A stretch of DNA of 64,000 nt from a virus. Positions 40,859 to 51,900 of the stretch are shown piece after piece; the first letter of the stretch is position 1; every line of letters starts with the position of its first letter. A model generated the notes under the pieces. That model had not been told where the DNA came from, did not search any database, and saw only the letters and a program-made list of their open reading frames with translations. The DNA lies in IMG/VR virus record IMGVR_UViG_3300045412_000261, positions 64,001 to 128,000 of that record. One strand, written 5' to 3'. The translations under genes were made by a program, and so were the position numbers.

Positions 40859-41314
40859 ATGGATTTATATTTTCCTAACATAATTACAGGTTCCGGGTAT
40901 TTCTCTGGTTCTTTTATTGGGGATGGCTCTCAATTATCCGGGGTTACGTCATACACGAATACAGATACATTAAACTATATAAATTCTATAGGTGTATTAT
41001 CCGGTTCTTTACCAGCAAATATAATATCAGGCAGTGGGACTAATTCTTACATTCCAAAATACATAGGATCTAAATACATAGGAAATAGTACAATTCAACA
41101 AGTAGGAAATAATGTAAGAGTTACAGGAAGTCTACAGATAACAGGTTCTGTTTTAGCAGAAACCTATTTAGCAAGTAAAATATTCTACAGGAATGCAGTA
41201 ACAATTAGTTTTAATTACACTATACCATCATCAGAAAATGCTATGAGTGCAGGTGATATTTATATAAAGAGTGGATCTACTGTGACGGAAAATGGTAATT
41301 GGTCAATCGTATAA
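40859..41314 (+). CDS. Short fibre/adaptor protein with the shared SGSF.GDGS N-terminus
   Basis: N-terminus like 36846/43982/44722; C-terminal YTIP...NAMSAG.I.I..G.TVT..G.W.IV. Confidence 0.7.
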   Translation: MDLYFPNIITGSGYFSGSFIGDGSQLSGVTSYTNTDTLNYINSIGVLSGSLPANIISGSGTNSYIPKYIGSKYIGNSTIQQVGNNVRVTGSLQITGSVLAETYLASKIFYRNAVTISFNYTIPSSENAMSAGDIYIKSGSTVTENGNWSIV

Positions 41315-41323
41315 TACAAATAG

Positions 41324-41923
41324 ATGAGTTCAAAATTAAAAGTAGATACAATAACAAACCAAAGTGAGAGTCAAACATTGATGTCTAATGGTGTAATAAC
41401 AGTAGGAAATAATGTATTAGAGGATTTTACATTACTTTGCGATGGAGGTTCTTACGTTGGAAAAAATGGAACATTCACATCTCAAAATGTTACTTCTCAA
41501 TATTCTATTACATCAACTTATACTGATTTAAATGGTTCTTCCATATCATATTTACCTCCCATCGGCACTACATGTGTCGTGTATTCTTTTCACTATACTC
41601 TATATTGGCAAGGTACTAATGCTCATTCTATATCTCACGCTAAATTTTTTATAGATGGAGTTGAAGTAGTGTTCTCAAGATTTTCCCACTCTGCACAATA
41701 CTTAGAATCTTTGCTTACTTTCACCTGGCCTATTTTTATTGGGGGGATAACAAACAATAATACAGGAAGACAATCTACATGGACAACCCAGAAAACATTA
41801 AAATTGCAAATGAGAGAATATGGAGCATCTAATAACATGGATGCACACGGAACTGTCTATTGGGATGGAGGAGGAGGAAATCAATTTCACATGCCATCTA
41901 TAAGCATAAAAGCAATAAAATGA
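41324..41923 (+). CDS. Small fibre-tip protein 1
   Basis: MSSKLKVDTI N-terminus and a beta-rich C-terminal domain. Confidence 0.7.
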   Translation: MSSKLKVDTITNQSESQTLMSNGVITVGNNVLEDFTLLCDGGSYVGKNGTFTSQNVTSQYSITSTYTDLNGSSISYLPPIGTTCVVYSFHYTLYWQGTNAHSISHAKFFIDGVEVVFSRFSHSAQYLESLLTFTWPIFIGGITNNNTGRQSTWTTQKTLKLQMREYGASNNMDAHGTVYWDGGGGNQFHMPSISIKAIK

Positions 41924-42477
41924 GTACATTAATTGTAGATAAAATAACATCATTAAATAATAACATAACAATAGATGGAAATCTAAATGTTAGTGGATCA
42001 ATTAATGTAAATGGAACAAACATCATTACTCCATTAGCTAACGAGATAGTTCAACAAGTATATGTTCAAACTTATAATCCAAATCACATAACTGTTACAT
42101 CTACATCTGAAGTAGCATTATCCACAACTATTTCAATTACTCCAAAATATTCAAATAGCATTATAAGAGTTGAATTTTATTCTACCATGATGTACGGAGC
42201 AGCTAACGCAATAGTAGCAGCATTATACAGGAAAATAGGAGCAGGATCATTTACATCTATAATTGCCATAACTCAAACAAATCCTTTAACTTATTATGGC
42301 TGGTTTTATCATACTAGTAGTTGGGGCCCTTATAAAGCTATATATTTTGATTCACCTGCAACAACGCAACAAGTTACTTACGAATTAAGATACCGAAACA
42401 TATCAACTACAGCAACAAATTATTTAGTTCATGCTACACAATATTATGGTTGGATATTAACAGAAATAAAAGTATAA
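41920..42477 (+). CDS. Small fibre-tip protein 2
   Basis: Likely start at ATG 41920 (ATGA overlap, MSTLIVDKI); EIVQ...SITPKYSNS.I.V...DSPATTQQVTY...ILTEIK. Confidence 0.75.
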   Translation: MSTLIVDKITSLNNNITIDGNLNVSGSINVNGTNIITPLANEIVQQVYVQTYNPNHITVTSTSEVALSTTISITPKYSNSIIRVEFYSTMMYGAANAIVAALYRKIGAGSFTSIIAITQTNPLTYYGWFYHTSSWGPYKAIYFDSPATTQQVTYELRYRNISTTATNYLVHATQYYGWILTEIKV

Positions 42478-42478
42478 T

Positions 42479-43042
42479 ATGGGAAATACAAGTTTAAATA
42501 AAATAGACCCATTATATAATAACACCTTAAATATAAAATCAAATATTAATTTATCTGGTTCGGTATCTTTAAATTCATATAGCTTAAATAAATCATCTCC
42601 CGGAGAAATAGTACAAGTAAGATATGTTCAATCTACAAGTCCCACTCATATAGAGACAACAACTACTAATGAAGCCATTCTTGATTTAACCGTTTCTATA
42701 ACACCAAAATATAAAGACAGTACTATAAAAGTAGAGTTTAATTCCTCGATGATGCACGGAGGAAATTCCGAAGCCATAGTTGTAGCCTTATATAGAAAAA
42801 TAGGAAAAGATGTCTTTTTTCCTATATTACCTATAAATGGTTCTGGCCCCTTAACTATTTATGGCTGGTTTTATGATTCTAACACATGGAGAAATATGGA
42901 AATACCTTATTTTGATATGCCTAATACTACAGAGCAAGTTACTTATCAAATAAGATATAGAAAATGGGGTGGAACAATCGTAAATTATCTAGTACATCAA
43001 ACAATGTATTATGGGTGGATATTAACTGAAATAAAATCATAG
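42479..43042 (+). CDS. Small fibre-tip protein 3 (close paralog of protein 2)
   Basis: Shares SITPKY, ALYRKIG, PLT.YGWFY and YYGWILTEIK with 41920..42477. Confidence 0.75.
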   Translation: MGNTSLNKIDPLYNNTLNIKSNINLSGSVSLNSYSLNKSSPGEIVQVRYVQSTSPTHIETTTTNEAILDLTVSITPKYKDSTIKVEFNSSMMHGGNSEAIVVALYRKIGKDVFFPILPINGSGPLTIYGWFYDSNTWRNMEIPYFDMPNTTEQVTYQIRYRKWGGTIVNYLVHQTMYYGWILTEIKS

Positions 43043-43044
43043 AA

Positions 43045-43605
43045 ATGGGAACACTTAGCGTAAACAAATTACAAGCTCAAGTAGGTAGCAATATAGAATT
43101 AACAGGTAACATGGTAGCATCCGGGGCGATAACTGACAGCCATGCTAAAGTTGTTCAATATCTATATGCTATTAGCGGTCCCGCACGTCAAACAATAAGT
43201 AGCCTAACCCCTGTTACTATAAGCGGATTATCATTAACGATTACTCCAAAATATTCAAACAGTTTAATTGTTATAGAAGGCGTAATTCTTAGCTCTAATA
43301 CTCACGTATCTTCGTATGGGGTTTTCAAGGATGGTGTCGCTACTGTGTCTACTACTGGACAGACAAATTCTAACGAGCCCAATATGCAAGTAACTAATTA
43401 TATAGGAAGTGCTACTACTGATGAACTATGGACAATTCCTATTAGACATCATGAAATATCTTCTACTTTACTTGCTAGAACCTATGATATTAGAGCTACG
43501 GCAGGATGGTCCGGAACTGCTTATGCTCTATACATAAATAACAGGTCATCTAATGATATGGCAGGATTTAGTTATATGATTGTAAAAGAGATAAAAATAA
43601 GCTAA
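43045..43605 (+). CDS. Small fibre-tip protein 4
   Basis: MGTLSVNKL, KVVQ, LTITPKYSNSLI, MIVKEI. Confidence 0.7.
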   Translation: MGTLSVNKLQAQVGSNIELTGNMVASGAITDSHAKVVQYLYAISGPARQTISSLTPVTISGLSLTITPKYSNSLIVIEGVILSSNTHVSSYGVFKDGVATVSTTGQTNSNEPNMQVTNYIGSATTDELWTIPIRHHEISSTLLARTYDIRATAGWSGTAYALYINNRSSNDMAGFSYMIVKEIKIS

Positions 43606-43606
43606 C

Positions 43607-43978
43607 ATGAAATATCAAATAGAACATGCTTTAAAAATATTATCTCCGAATGCTCAATATAGTATAATAGGAGACGATTATGAAAATATATATTGGATTG
43701 ATGAAAATGAATATAAGCCCTCTATAAATGAAATACAAAATAAAATAGAGGAATTACATGTAGAAGAACCTATGAGATTACTTCGCATTGAAAGGAATAA
43801 ATTATTGGCAGATGTAGATTGGGAAGTTATAAAATCAATTTCGAGAGGTGAGCAAATAAGCATAGAATTATCCACTTACATGCAGGAGTTAAGAGATTTA
43901 CCCAATAACTCAAATCCAACATTAGACAATACTTATAATTTAGACATGTCATCTGTAAATTGGCCAATAAAACCTTAA
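43607..43978 (+). CDS. Tail fibre assembly chaperone (XkdW-like N-terminus)
   Basis: AL..L.PNA...I.W...P, then LR.ERN.LL...DW...Y.QELRDLP...WP.KP. Confidence 0.8.
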   Translation: MKYQIEHALKILSPNAQYSIIGDDYENIYWIDENEYKPSINEIQNKIEELHVEEPMRLLRIERNKLLADVDWEVIKSISRGEQISIELSTYMQELRDLPNNSNPTLDNTYNLDMSSVNWPIKP

Positions 43979-43981
43979 TAA

Positions 43982-44701
43982 ATGAAATTTTTATATCCTA
44001 CTATAATATCGGGTTCTGGTAATTTTAAAGGACATTTTACAGGTTCTTTTTCTGGTGACGGATCTAATTTATTGAATGTCATATCATATACTAATTCCGA
44101 TACTTTAAGTTATATAAATTCTAGAAATGTTGTATCTGGATCATCTCAAATATCATATCCATCAATATCTAATAGACCTCCATTCATAATATCTGGAAGT
44201 GGCATGTATTTTAATGGAAACAATATTGGGATAGGTGTAAAAAATCCATCATCTAAATTTCAAATATCTGGATCTTCGTCATCTTTAGTCAATGTAACAA
44301 GAGGTGGTAATTCATATTTTTACATTAGCGGTAGCGGAAATATTGGAGTATCTACAACATCTCCTACTCATAAATTTACTATAAGCGGTTCTTTAAAAAC
44401 TACAACTATAGCGGATTCATCTAACTCTATAGGTTCTTTAAATCAAGTTCTAACATCTACCGGAAATTCATTATCCTGGATTAATCCACTAATAAAACAA
44501 ATTCAAATAGGTTCCACCTTAATAGGAACTACTTCTAGCGATATTAATTTTTCTACACCTTTTACTAATACTCCGGTAGTTGTATTGTCATCTGCCGTAG
44601 GAGCAGCTATTTCTATAACATCAATAACAACTACTTTTTTTAGGGTAACTAATCCGACATCGGCTCATACAATATACTGGATAGCTGTTACATTAAACTA
44701 A
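43982..44701 (+). CDS. Short fibre protein with a C-terminal H-type-lectin/gp53-like domain
   Basis: Shared N-terminus, GNIGIG..P repeats, ending INFSTPFTNTPVVV...SITTTFF...YWIAV. Confidence 0.7.
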   Translation: MKFLYPTIISGSGNFKGHFTGSFSGDGSNLLNVISYTNSDTLSYINSRNVVSGSSQISYPSISNRPPFIISGSGMYFNGNNIGIGVKNPSSKFQISGSSSSLVNVTRGGNSYFYISGSGNIGVSTTSPTHKFTISGSLKTTTIADSSNSIGSLNQVLTSTGNSLSWINPLIKQIQIGSTLIGTTSSDINFSTPFTNTPVVVLSSAVGAAISITSITTTFFRVTNPTSAHTIYWIAVTLN

Positions 44702-44721
44702 GTAAATATAAAATTTAAAAA

Positions 44722-47700
44722 ATGAGAATACTTTTTCCTACTATTTTTTCTGGTTCAGGCTACTTCTCTGGTTCTTTAGAGGGAGACGGGTCTAGGTTAT
44801 ATAATATTGTATCCTCATCTTATGCACTAACCGCATCATACGCTTTAAATAATAACGGAGTTGGATTTCCTTTCATAGGTAATGCTAAAATAACAGGTTC
44901 TTTGAGTATTTCCGGTTCTAATGTAGATTTTACCAATGTGAGAGCTATATCCGGTTCTATATTTTCCGGGTCATTTGTAGGAGATGGTAGTGGATTAACA
45001 GGTATTACAGTATCTCAAGTCGCAACAGCTAAGTCTAATTTTCATGCAGTATATAGCGCATCTGTATACCATAATTTTAATTCTAGGAATGTAAATGTAT
45101 CAGTTTACGATAATAACAATAGATTATTTTTCCCTGATTCTATAGTTTTATCTACGCCAAATAGAGTTGACATAACTTTTTCTGGTCCTTCTACTGGATA
45201 TGCAGTAGTATCTAAAGGCGGACATATAATAGAGCCTGCATCTGGTAGTGGTATAGGCTTCCCCTTTTCTGGGAGTGCTGTTATAACGGGTTCTTTTCTT
45301 GTATCCGGCTCTAAAGTAGATTTTACAAAAGTACAAGTAATATCCGGTTCCATATTCTCCGGTTCTTTCGTAGGAGATGGAAGTGGTTTGACAGGACTAA
45401 CAGTATCTCAAGTAGCCACAGTTCAACATAGTTTTGTATCTACTTATAGTGCTTCTATAAATCACAACTTTAATTCTAGGAATGTAAATGTAGCAGTTTA
45501 CGATAATAATAATAAACTATTCTTTCCTGATTCGATAACTCTAGCCACTCCGGACAGAGTAGATTTAAGATTTTCGGGTATATCTTCTGGATATGCTGTT
45601 GTATCTAAAGGAGGACATTTAGTGACAGGAGTATATCCTATTTCAGGTAGCGGAATCGGTTTCCCCTTCTCTGGTAGTGCAGTTATAACAGGATCTTTAT
45701 TAGTATCAGGTTCACACGTAGATTTCACTAATGTAAAAGCTATATCAGGTTCTATATTCTCCGGTTCTTTTGTAGGAGATGGAAGTAACCTAACTGGACT
45801 AACAATATCTCAAATAGCTACAGTACAACATACTTTTACTTCTGTTTTAAGTGCTTCTATAAATCATAACTTTAATTCTAGGAATGTAAATGTAGCAGTT
45901 TACGATACTAATAATAAACTATTCTTTCCCGATTCAATAAGATTAACCACACCAAATATAGTTGATGTAACTTTTTCCGGTTTATCTTCCGGATATGTTG
46001 TTATTTCAAAAGGTGGTCATTTAGTAACAGGAGTAGCTATACCTTCCGGTAGTGGGGTAGGATTTCCATTTTCCGGTAGTGCGGTTATAACAGGTTCATT
46101 ATTTGTATCAGGTTCACACGTAGATTTAACTAATGTAAAAGCTATATCAGGTTCTATCTTCTCGGGATCTTTTGTAGGAGATGGAAGTGGTTTAACGGGT
46201 TTAACAATATCTCAAGTAGCTACAGTACAAAGTAATTTTACTTCTGTATTTAGCGCTTCGGTAAATCACAACTTTAATTCTAGGAATGTAAACGTATCAG
46301 TTTATGATACTAACAATAAATTGTTTTTCCCGGACTCAATAACTTTAACTACGCCTAATAGAGTAGATATAATATTCTCCGGATTATCTTCTGGGTATGT
46401 AGTGGTATCTAAAGGAGGTCACCTCATAGCTCCATCCTCAGGTAGCGGAATCGGTTTCCCCTTCTCTGGTAGTGCGGTTATAACAGGATCTTTACTAGTA
46501 TCAGGTTCACACGTAGATTTCACTAATGTAAAAGCTATATCAGGTTCTATATTCTCCGGTTCTTTCGTAGGAGACGGAAGTAACCTAACTGGAATTACTG
46601 TATCCCAAGCTACTACAGTACAAAGTAATTTTACTTCTGTATATAGTGCCTCTGTAAATCATAACTTTAATTCTAGGAATGTAAACGTAGCAGTTTATGA
46701 TACGAATAACAAGTTATTTTTCCCTGACTCAATAACCCTATCTACACTTAATAGAGCTGATATTATATTTTCAGGTCTGTCTTCCGGATATGTGGTGGTT
46801 TCTAAGGGAGGACATATACTAAGCGGGTCTTTACAAAACGCAGTAACTTTAGATAACCAACTACCTTCTTATTATTTAGACTATAATAATCTTACTAATG
46901 TTCCCCCAACAAGTAGTGGTGATGGTTTTCCTTTTGCCGGAGACGCGGTTATAACAGGTTCATTATTAGTATCAGGATCTAAGGTAGATTTTTCAAAAGC
47001 TAAAGTAATATCAGGTTCTTTATTTTCCGGCTCATTTGTTGGAGACGGAAGCGGGTTAACAGGAATAACGGTATCTGAAATAGCAACCATACAATCTACT
47101 TTTAATTCTGTATATAGCGCTTCTATAAATCATAACTTTAATTCCAAAAATATAAACGTAGCTGTATATGATAATAATGATAAGTTATTTTTTCCTGATT
47201 CGATAACTTTAGCTACTCCCAATAGAGTTGACATAATATTCTCAGGATTATCCTCCGGATATGTCGTAGTCTCTAAAGGAGGCCATATTGTTACAGGAAC
47301 ATATCCAATTTCAGGGAGTGGTATTGGATTTCCATTCTCAGGTAAAGCAGTTATAACTGGATCTTTGTTTGTATCTGGGTCAAAAGTAGATTTCACTAAT
47401 GTAAAAGCTATATCAGGTTCTATATTCTCCGGTTCTTTCGTAGGAGACGGAAGTAACCTAACTGGAATTACTGTATCCCAAGCTACTACAGTACAAAGTA
47501 ATTTTACTTCTGTATATAGTGCCTCTGTAAATCATAACTTTAATTCTAGGAATGTAAACGTAGCAGTTTATGATACGAATAACAAGTTATTTTTCCCTGA
47601 CTCAATAACCCTATCTACACTTAATAGAGCTGATATTATATTTTCAGGTCTGTCTTCCGGATATGTGGTGGTTTCTAAGGGAGGACATATACTAAGCGGG

Positions 47701-48480
47701 TCTTTACAAAACGCAGTAACTTTAGATAACCAACTACCTTCTTATTATTTAGACTATAATAATCTTACTAATGTTCCCCCAACAAGTAGTGGTGATGGTT
47801 TTCCTTTTGCCGGAGACGCGGTTATAACAGGTTCATTATTAGTATCAGGATCTAAGGTAGATTTTTCAAAAGCTAAAGTAATATCAGGTTCTTTATTTTC
47901 CGGTTCATTTGTTGGAGACGGAAGCGGGTTAACAGGAATAACGGTATCGGAAGTTGCTACAATTCAAGCAACTTTTGTATCTATATATAGCGCTTCTATA
48001 AATCATAACTTTAATTCTAGAAATGTAAACGTAGCAGTTTATGATAGTAGCAATAGACTATTTTTCCCTGATTCAATAACTCTTCCAACATTAAATAGAG
48101 TTGATATAACTTTTTCTGGTCCTACTTCCGGATATGCAGTAATATCTAAAGGAGGACATATTGTTTCTGCTATATCATCCATATCAGGTAGTGGAACCGA
48201 CGGTAGATTAGCAAAGTTCAAAGGTTCTAACTATGTAACAGGTAGTTTAATACAAGAAAGTACAGCTGGTATAAAATTAGTTGGTAATATGCAATTAACA
48301 GGATCTTTTGCTGTTTCCGGTAGTAGAACTTCGGGCGGGGCTAGATTTTTAGCATCAATGACTATCCCAGTGGGAACAACAGCACAAAGACCCATAAGTC
48401 CACTAGCAGGATCCATTAGATTTAACACAAGTACAAATTTATTGGAGATATATACAGGTACTACATGGAGAACTATTTAA
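44722..48480 (+). CDS. Long repetitive fibre with eight tandem ~130-150-aa modules
   Basis: Eight copies of GFPF.G.A.ITGS...SGSFVGDGS...HNFNS.NVNV.VYD...FFPDSI...SG...GY.V.SKGGH; C-terminal IPVGTTAQRP...GSIRFNT. Confidence 0.85.
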   Translation: MRILFPTIFSGSGYFSGSLEGDGSRLYNIVSSSYALTASYALNNNGVGFPFIGNAKITGSLSISGSNVDFTNVRAISGSIFSGSFVGDGSGLTGITVSQVATAKSNFHAVYSASVYHNFNSRNVNVSVYDNNNRLFFPDSIVLSTPNRVDITFSGPSTGYAVVSKGGHIIEPASGSGIGFPFSGSAVITGSFLVSGSKVDFTKVQVISGSIFSGSFVGDGSGLTGLTVSQVATVQHSFVSTYSASINHNFNSRNVNVAVYDNNNKLFFPDSITLATPDRVDLRFSGISSGYAVVSKGGHLVTGVYPISGSGIGFPFSGSAVITGSLLVSGSHVDFTNVKAISGSIFSGSFVGDGSNLTGLTISQIATVQHTFTSVLSASINHNFNSRNVNVAVYDTNNKLFFPDSIRLTTPNIVDVTFSGLSSGYVVISKGGHLVTGVAIPSGSGVGFPFSGSAVITGSLFVSGSHVDLTNVKAISGSIFSGSFVGDGSGLTGLTISQVATVQSNFTSVFSASVNHNFNSRNVNVSVYDTNNKLFFPDSITLTTPNRVDIIFSGLSSGYVVVSKGGHLIAPSSGSGIGFPFSGSAVITGSLLVSGSHVDFTNVKAISGSIFSGSFVGDGSNLTGITVSQATTVQSNFTSVYSASVNHNFNSRNVNVAVYDTNNKLFFPDSITLSTLNRADIIFSGLSSGYVVVSKGGHILSGSLQNAVTLDNQLPSYYLDYNNLTNVPPTSSGDGFPFAGDAVITGSLLVSGSKVDFSKAKVISGSLFSGSFVGDGSGLTGITVSEIATIQSTFNSVYSASINHNFNSKNINVAVYDNNDKLFFPDSITLATPNRVDIIFSGLSSGYVVVSKGGHIVTGTYPISGSGIGFPFSGKAVITGSLFVSGSKVDFTNVKAISGSIFSGSFVGDGSNLTGITVSQATTVQSNFTSVYSASVNHNFNSRNVNVAVYDTNNKLFFPDSITLSTLNRADIIFSGLSSGYVVVSKGGHILSGSLQNAVTLDNQLPSYYLDYNNLTNVPPTSSGDGFPFAGDAVITGSLLVSGSKVDFSKAKVISGSLFSGSFVGDGSGLTGITVSEVATIQATFVSIYSASINHNFNSRNVNVAVYDSSNRLFFPDSITLPTLNRVDITFSGPTSGYAVISKGGHIVSAISSISGSGTDGRLAKFKGSNYVTGSLIQESTAGIKLVGNMQLTGSFAVSGSRTSGGARFLASMTIPVGTTAQRPISPLAGSIRFNTSTNLLEIYTGTTWRTI
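46513..47948. repeat. 563-bp near-perfect direct repeat (46513-47075 and 47386-47948)
   Basis: Offset 873 bp; I found one mismatch (47031 C vs 47904 T). Confidence 0.9.
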
Positions 48481-48592
48481 TTTGTTTAAAACATGGAAAT
48501 AAATATCATAAACAACAAAAAAAAACTATTTATGATAAATAACATTATTTGATTTTTAACATCAATAATTATATATAGTAAAAAGAATAAAC

Positions 48593-48955
48593 ATGGCACA
48601 TTTTGCAAGATTAGGATTAGATAATATAGTTGAAGAAGTTGTAGTAGTTAATAATGTGGATATAATGACACCTCAAGGTGTTGAAACCGAGTCAATAGGA
48701 ATAGAATACTTAAAAAAATTATTTGGACAGGGTACTATATGGGTTCAAACATCATATAATGGATCCTTTAGAAAAAATTTTGCGGGGAAAGGATATGTAT
48801 ATAATTCAACATTAGACGCTTTCATTCCTCCAAAAAATAATAGTACATGGATATTAGATGAAAGTACATGTCAATGGATTCCTCCAATTCCTTATCCTAA
48901 TGATGGAAATACATATAATTGGAGTGAAGAAAATCAAGAATGGTATTTAGTTTAA
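48593..48955 (+). CDS. Fibre-associated small protein (MAHFA family), copy 2
   Basis: Clear paralog of 40421..40846; TATTTATGATAAA at 48527 upstream. Confidence 0.8.
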   Translation: MAHFARLGLDNIVEEVVVVNNVDIMTPQGVETESIGIEYLKKLFGQGTIWVQTSYNGSFRKNFAGKGYVYNSTLDAFIPPKNNSTWILDESTCQWIPPIPYPNDGNTYNWSEENQEWYLV

Positions 48956-48997
48956 ATATTAGTTTCAAAATGATAACTAATGAAATAATACATAAAA

Positions 48998-51900
48998 ATG
49001 AGAATAGACAAATTAACAGTATCTAGTTCAATACAAATAATAGATAGTAATAAGAATCCATTACAAATAAATGATAATGTTCTATTTGTTTCTAGTAGTG
49101 GAAATGTAGGTATAGGAACATTAAATCCAAAACATAAATTACAAGTACATGGAGTGGTATCTGCTTCTGTATTTTTAGGAGATGGAAGTGGACTAACTGG
49201 AATATCAAATATAACTTTTGCTAGTTTAACGGGAAAACCAACAGGACTTGTTAGTAGTTCAGCCCAATTAGCTAACACTACAATTCCGGGTAATTTAACT
49301 ATATCTGGTAAATTAACTGCTGAGGAATATTTTACTGAATTTGTTAGCGCATCTATTATATACAAATCAGGTTCTTCTAAGTTTGGTAATAGTCTTAATG
49401 ATAAGCATCAATTTACTGGATCTATGTATGTTACAGGTTCAGTTAGAGCCACTAGTTTTATAGGTGACGGAAGCGGATTAACAGGAGTTTTACTAGAGGG
49501 AGATTTTACACATACTGCATCTTTTACTAATACTACTAACGCAACAGTAGTACATAACCTAAATACTAAAAATGTTGTAGTATCTGTTTATGATACTACT
49601 AACAAATTAATTATTCCTGATGAGATTATATTAACAAACGATAATACGGTTAATGTATTATTTGTTAATCCTCGTTCTGGATTTGCAGTAGTTAATACCG
49701 GAGGTCATATTGTATCCGGAACTTCATATAATATAACTGAGTATAATAATATTTTAAATAAGCCAGTAGGTATAGTATCAGGTTCGTCTCAAATACTATA
49801 TTCCGGCATATCTAATAAACCTACAAATTTAATATCAGGATCTTCTCAAGTATCTTATTCCGGAATAATAAACAAACCAACAGGGATTATTAGTAGCTCC
49901 GCTCAATTAGCAAATGCTACCATTCCTGGAAATTTGACAGTTTCAGGAAAAATAACAGCAGAAGAGTTTCACACAGAATTTGTAAGCGCGTCAATAGTTT
50001 ATAAATCGGGGTCATCTAAATTTGGAAACAGTTTAGATGATAGGCACCAGTTTACCGGTTCTGTAAGTATCACAGGTTCTTTAAGAGCTTCTTCCTTTAT
50101 AGGTGATGGTAGTGGTTTAATAAATGTCCCTAATGCAAATATAGGTTCTAACTTTGGAAGATTGAACAGTTATGCAATATATAATACCACATCCTCATTA
50201 ACTAGAGCTAGATTATACGATGCTCCGATAACTTGGGAAATGAGAGATGATTTTGGAATTGTAGTATCAGAAAATGTTAGAAAGGCAGGACCTTCTACAT
50301 ACTTAAAAATTGCTCCTACTACATCATCTTATAATGCCACATTACATTCTATACAAGCGTATGGTACATCATCTTATGTTTCAGCTAAAGCAACTAGTGT
50401 ATCATCAATAGCTGCTTTTGGATTGAATAATGACCCAAGAGCTAATACTCTTTTTACTAGTATAGATTACGCATGGTTATTAGCTACAGGATCTTCTAGA
50501 ATCTACGAAGGAACTACTTTTGTCGGTACCTTTGGAACTCACACAACAGATACAGAACACAGTATTGAGTTTGCGGGCTCTAATGTAATTTATAAAAAAG
50601 CAGGAGTAGTTCAAAGATCTGTATTTAGAAATACTAGACATGCCCTAGCCTTAGACACAGCTTTTACTAATAACAATGAACAAGGATTAAAGAATCTTAT
50701 ATTTTCGGCATCTGGTAGTATAGAAGATAATAATTGGACATCTGTAACATGGTCTCCACAATTAGAAAGATATGTTGCAGTAGCAGAGTCCGGATTATAC
50801 CCTATAGCATATTCTACAGATGCTACCAACTGGATTCCGGCAAGTTTAGACGAGCCTATAACTTGGACTAGAAATTTTTTAGGCACAGGAGTAGTTGAGT
50901 CTGGAAGTAATCATTTTAGAAAAACTTCGGGTACAACTGCCTTTAATGCCTCTGTTTATTCTTCGGAGAGATACCCTAGATTGGTATACACTCAAGCAAG
51001 ATATAGTGCACAATCAACCGTAGGATCTCTGATGTTTGGATTAAATACTGATCCGGCGGTATCTGCAAATTATGAGTCTATAGATTACGCTTTTTATGTT
51101 ATTGATGGGACACTCCAAATATATGAGAGTAGTGTGGTGAGTAATCTTTCTGCTTCATTTAATACTTATACATCAACTACAGTACTTAGAATAGAATATG
51201 ATGGAACATACGTGAGTTATTTAAGAGATGGAGTTACAGTAAGAAGAGTACAAAGAAATCTATCCGGATCTTTAGGATTTGACACGTCTTTTAATTCCGT
51301 TACTCCTACTGGCGGGATAAGAGATGTGGAATTTGGACTCAGATATACTCCAAACCATCAATGGTCTTCAGTTACTTGGTCTCCGCAACTAGGTCTATTT
51401 GTTGCAGTATCAAAAACAGGTACTAGAAGAATTAGAACTTCATCAAACGGTATAAATTGGAATAGAATACAAGAACCTGAATCAAACGCATGGGAATCTG
51501 TTATATGGTCGCCTGAATTAGCTTTGTTTGTAGCCGTTTCGAGTACAGGAACAAGTAGAGTAATGACCTCTTCTGATGGAGTAACATGGACATCTAGAAC
51601 CGCCGCCGAGCAAAACAGCTGGGTTTCTGTAGCATGGTCTCCTTCTTTGTCTTTATTTGTTGCAGTGTCTAGTGACGGTACAAATAGAGTAATGACTTCT
51701 TCTAATGGAATAACATGGGCTACTAGATCAGCAGCTCAACAAAATAGTTGGGATTCAATCGCATGGTCTCCTGAATTAGGTTTATTTGCAGCGGTTTCCA
51801 CAGATGGTGTAAATAGAGTTATGACCTCAACTAATGGTATAAATTGGATTGCTAGATTAGCAGCAGAGCAAAATAGCTGGAAATCTATTACATGGTCTCC

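Noticed and set aside
44722-48480. CRISPR-like periodic repeats
   Set aside because: These are in-frame protein module repeats of about 400 bp, not repeat-spacer units.
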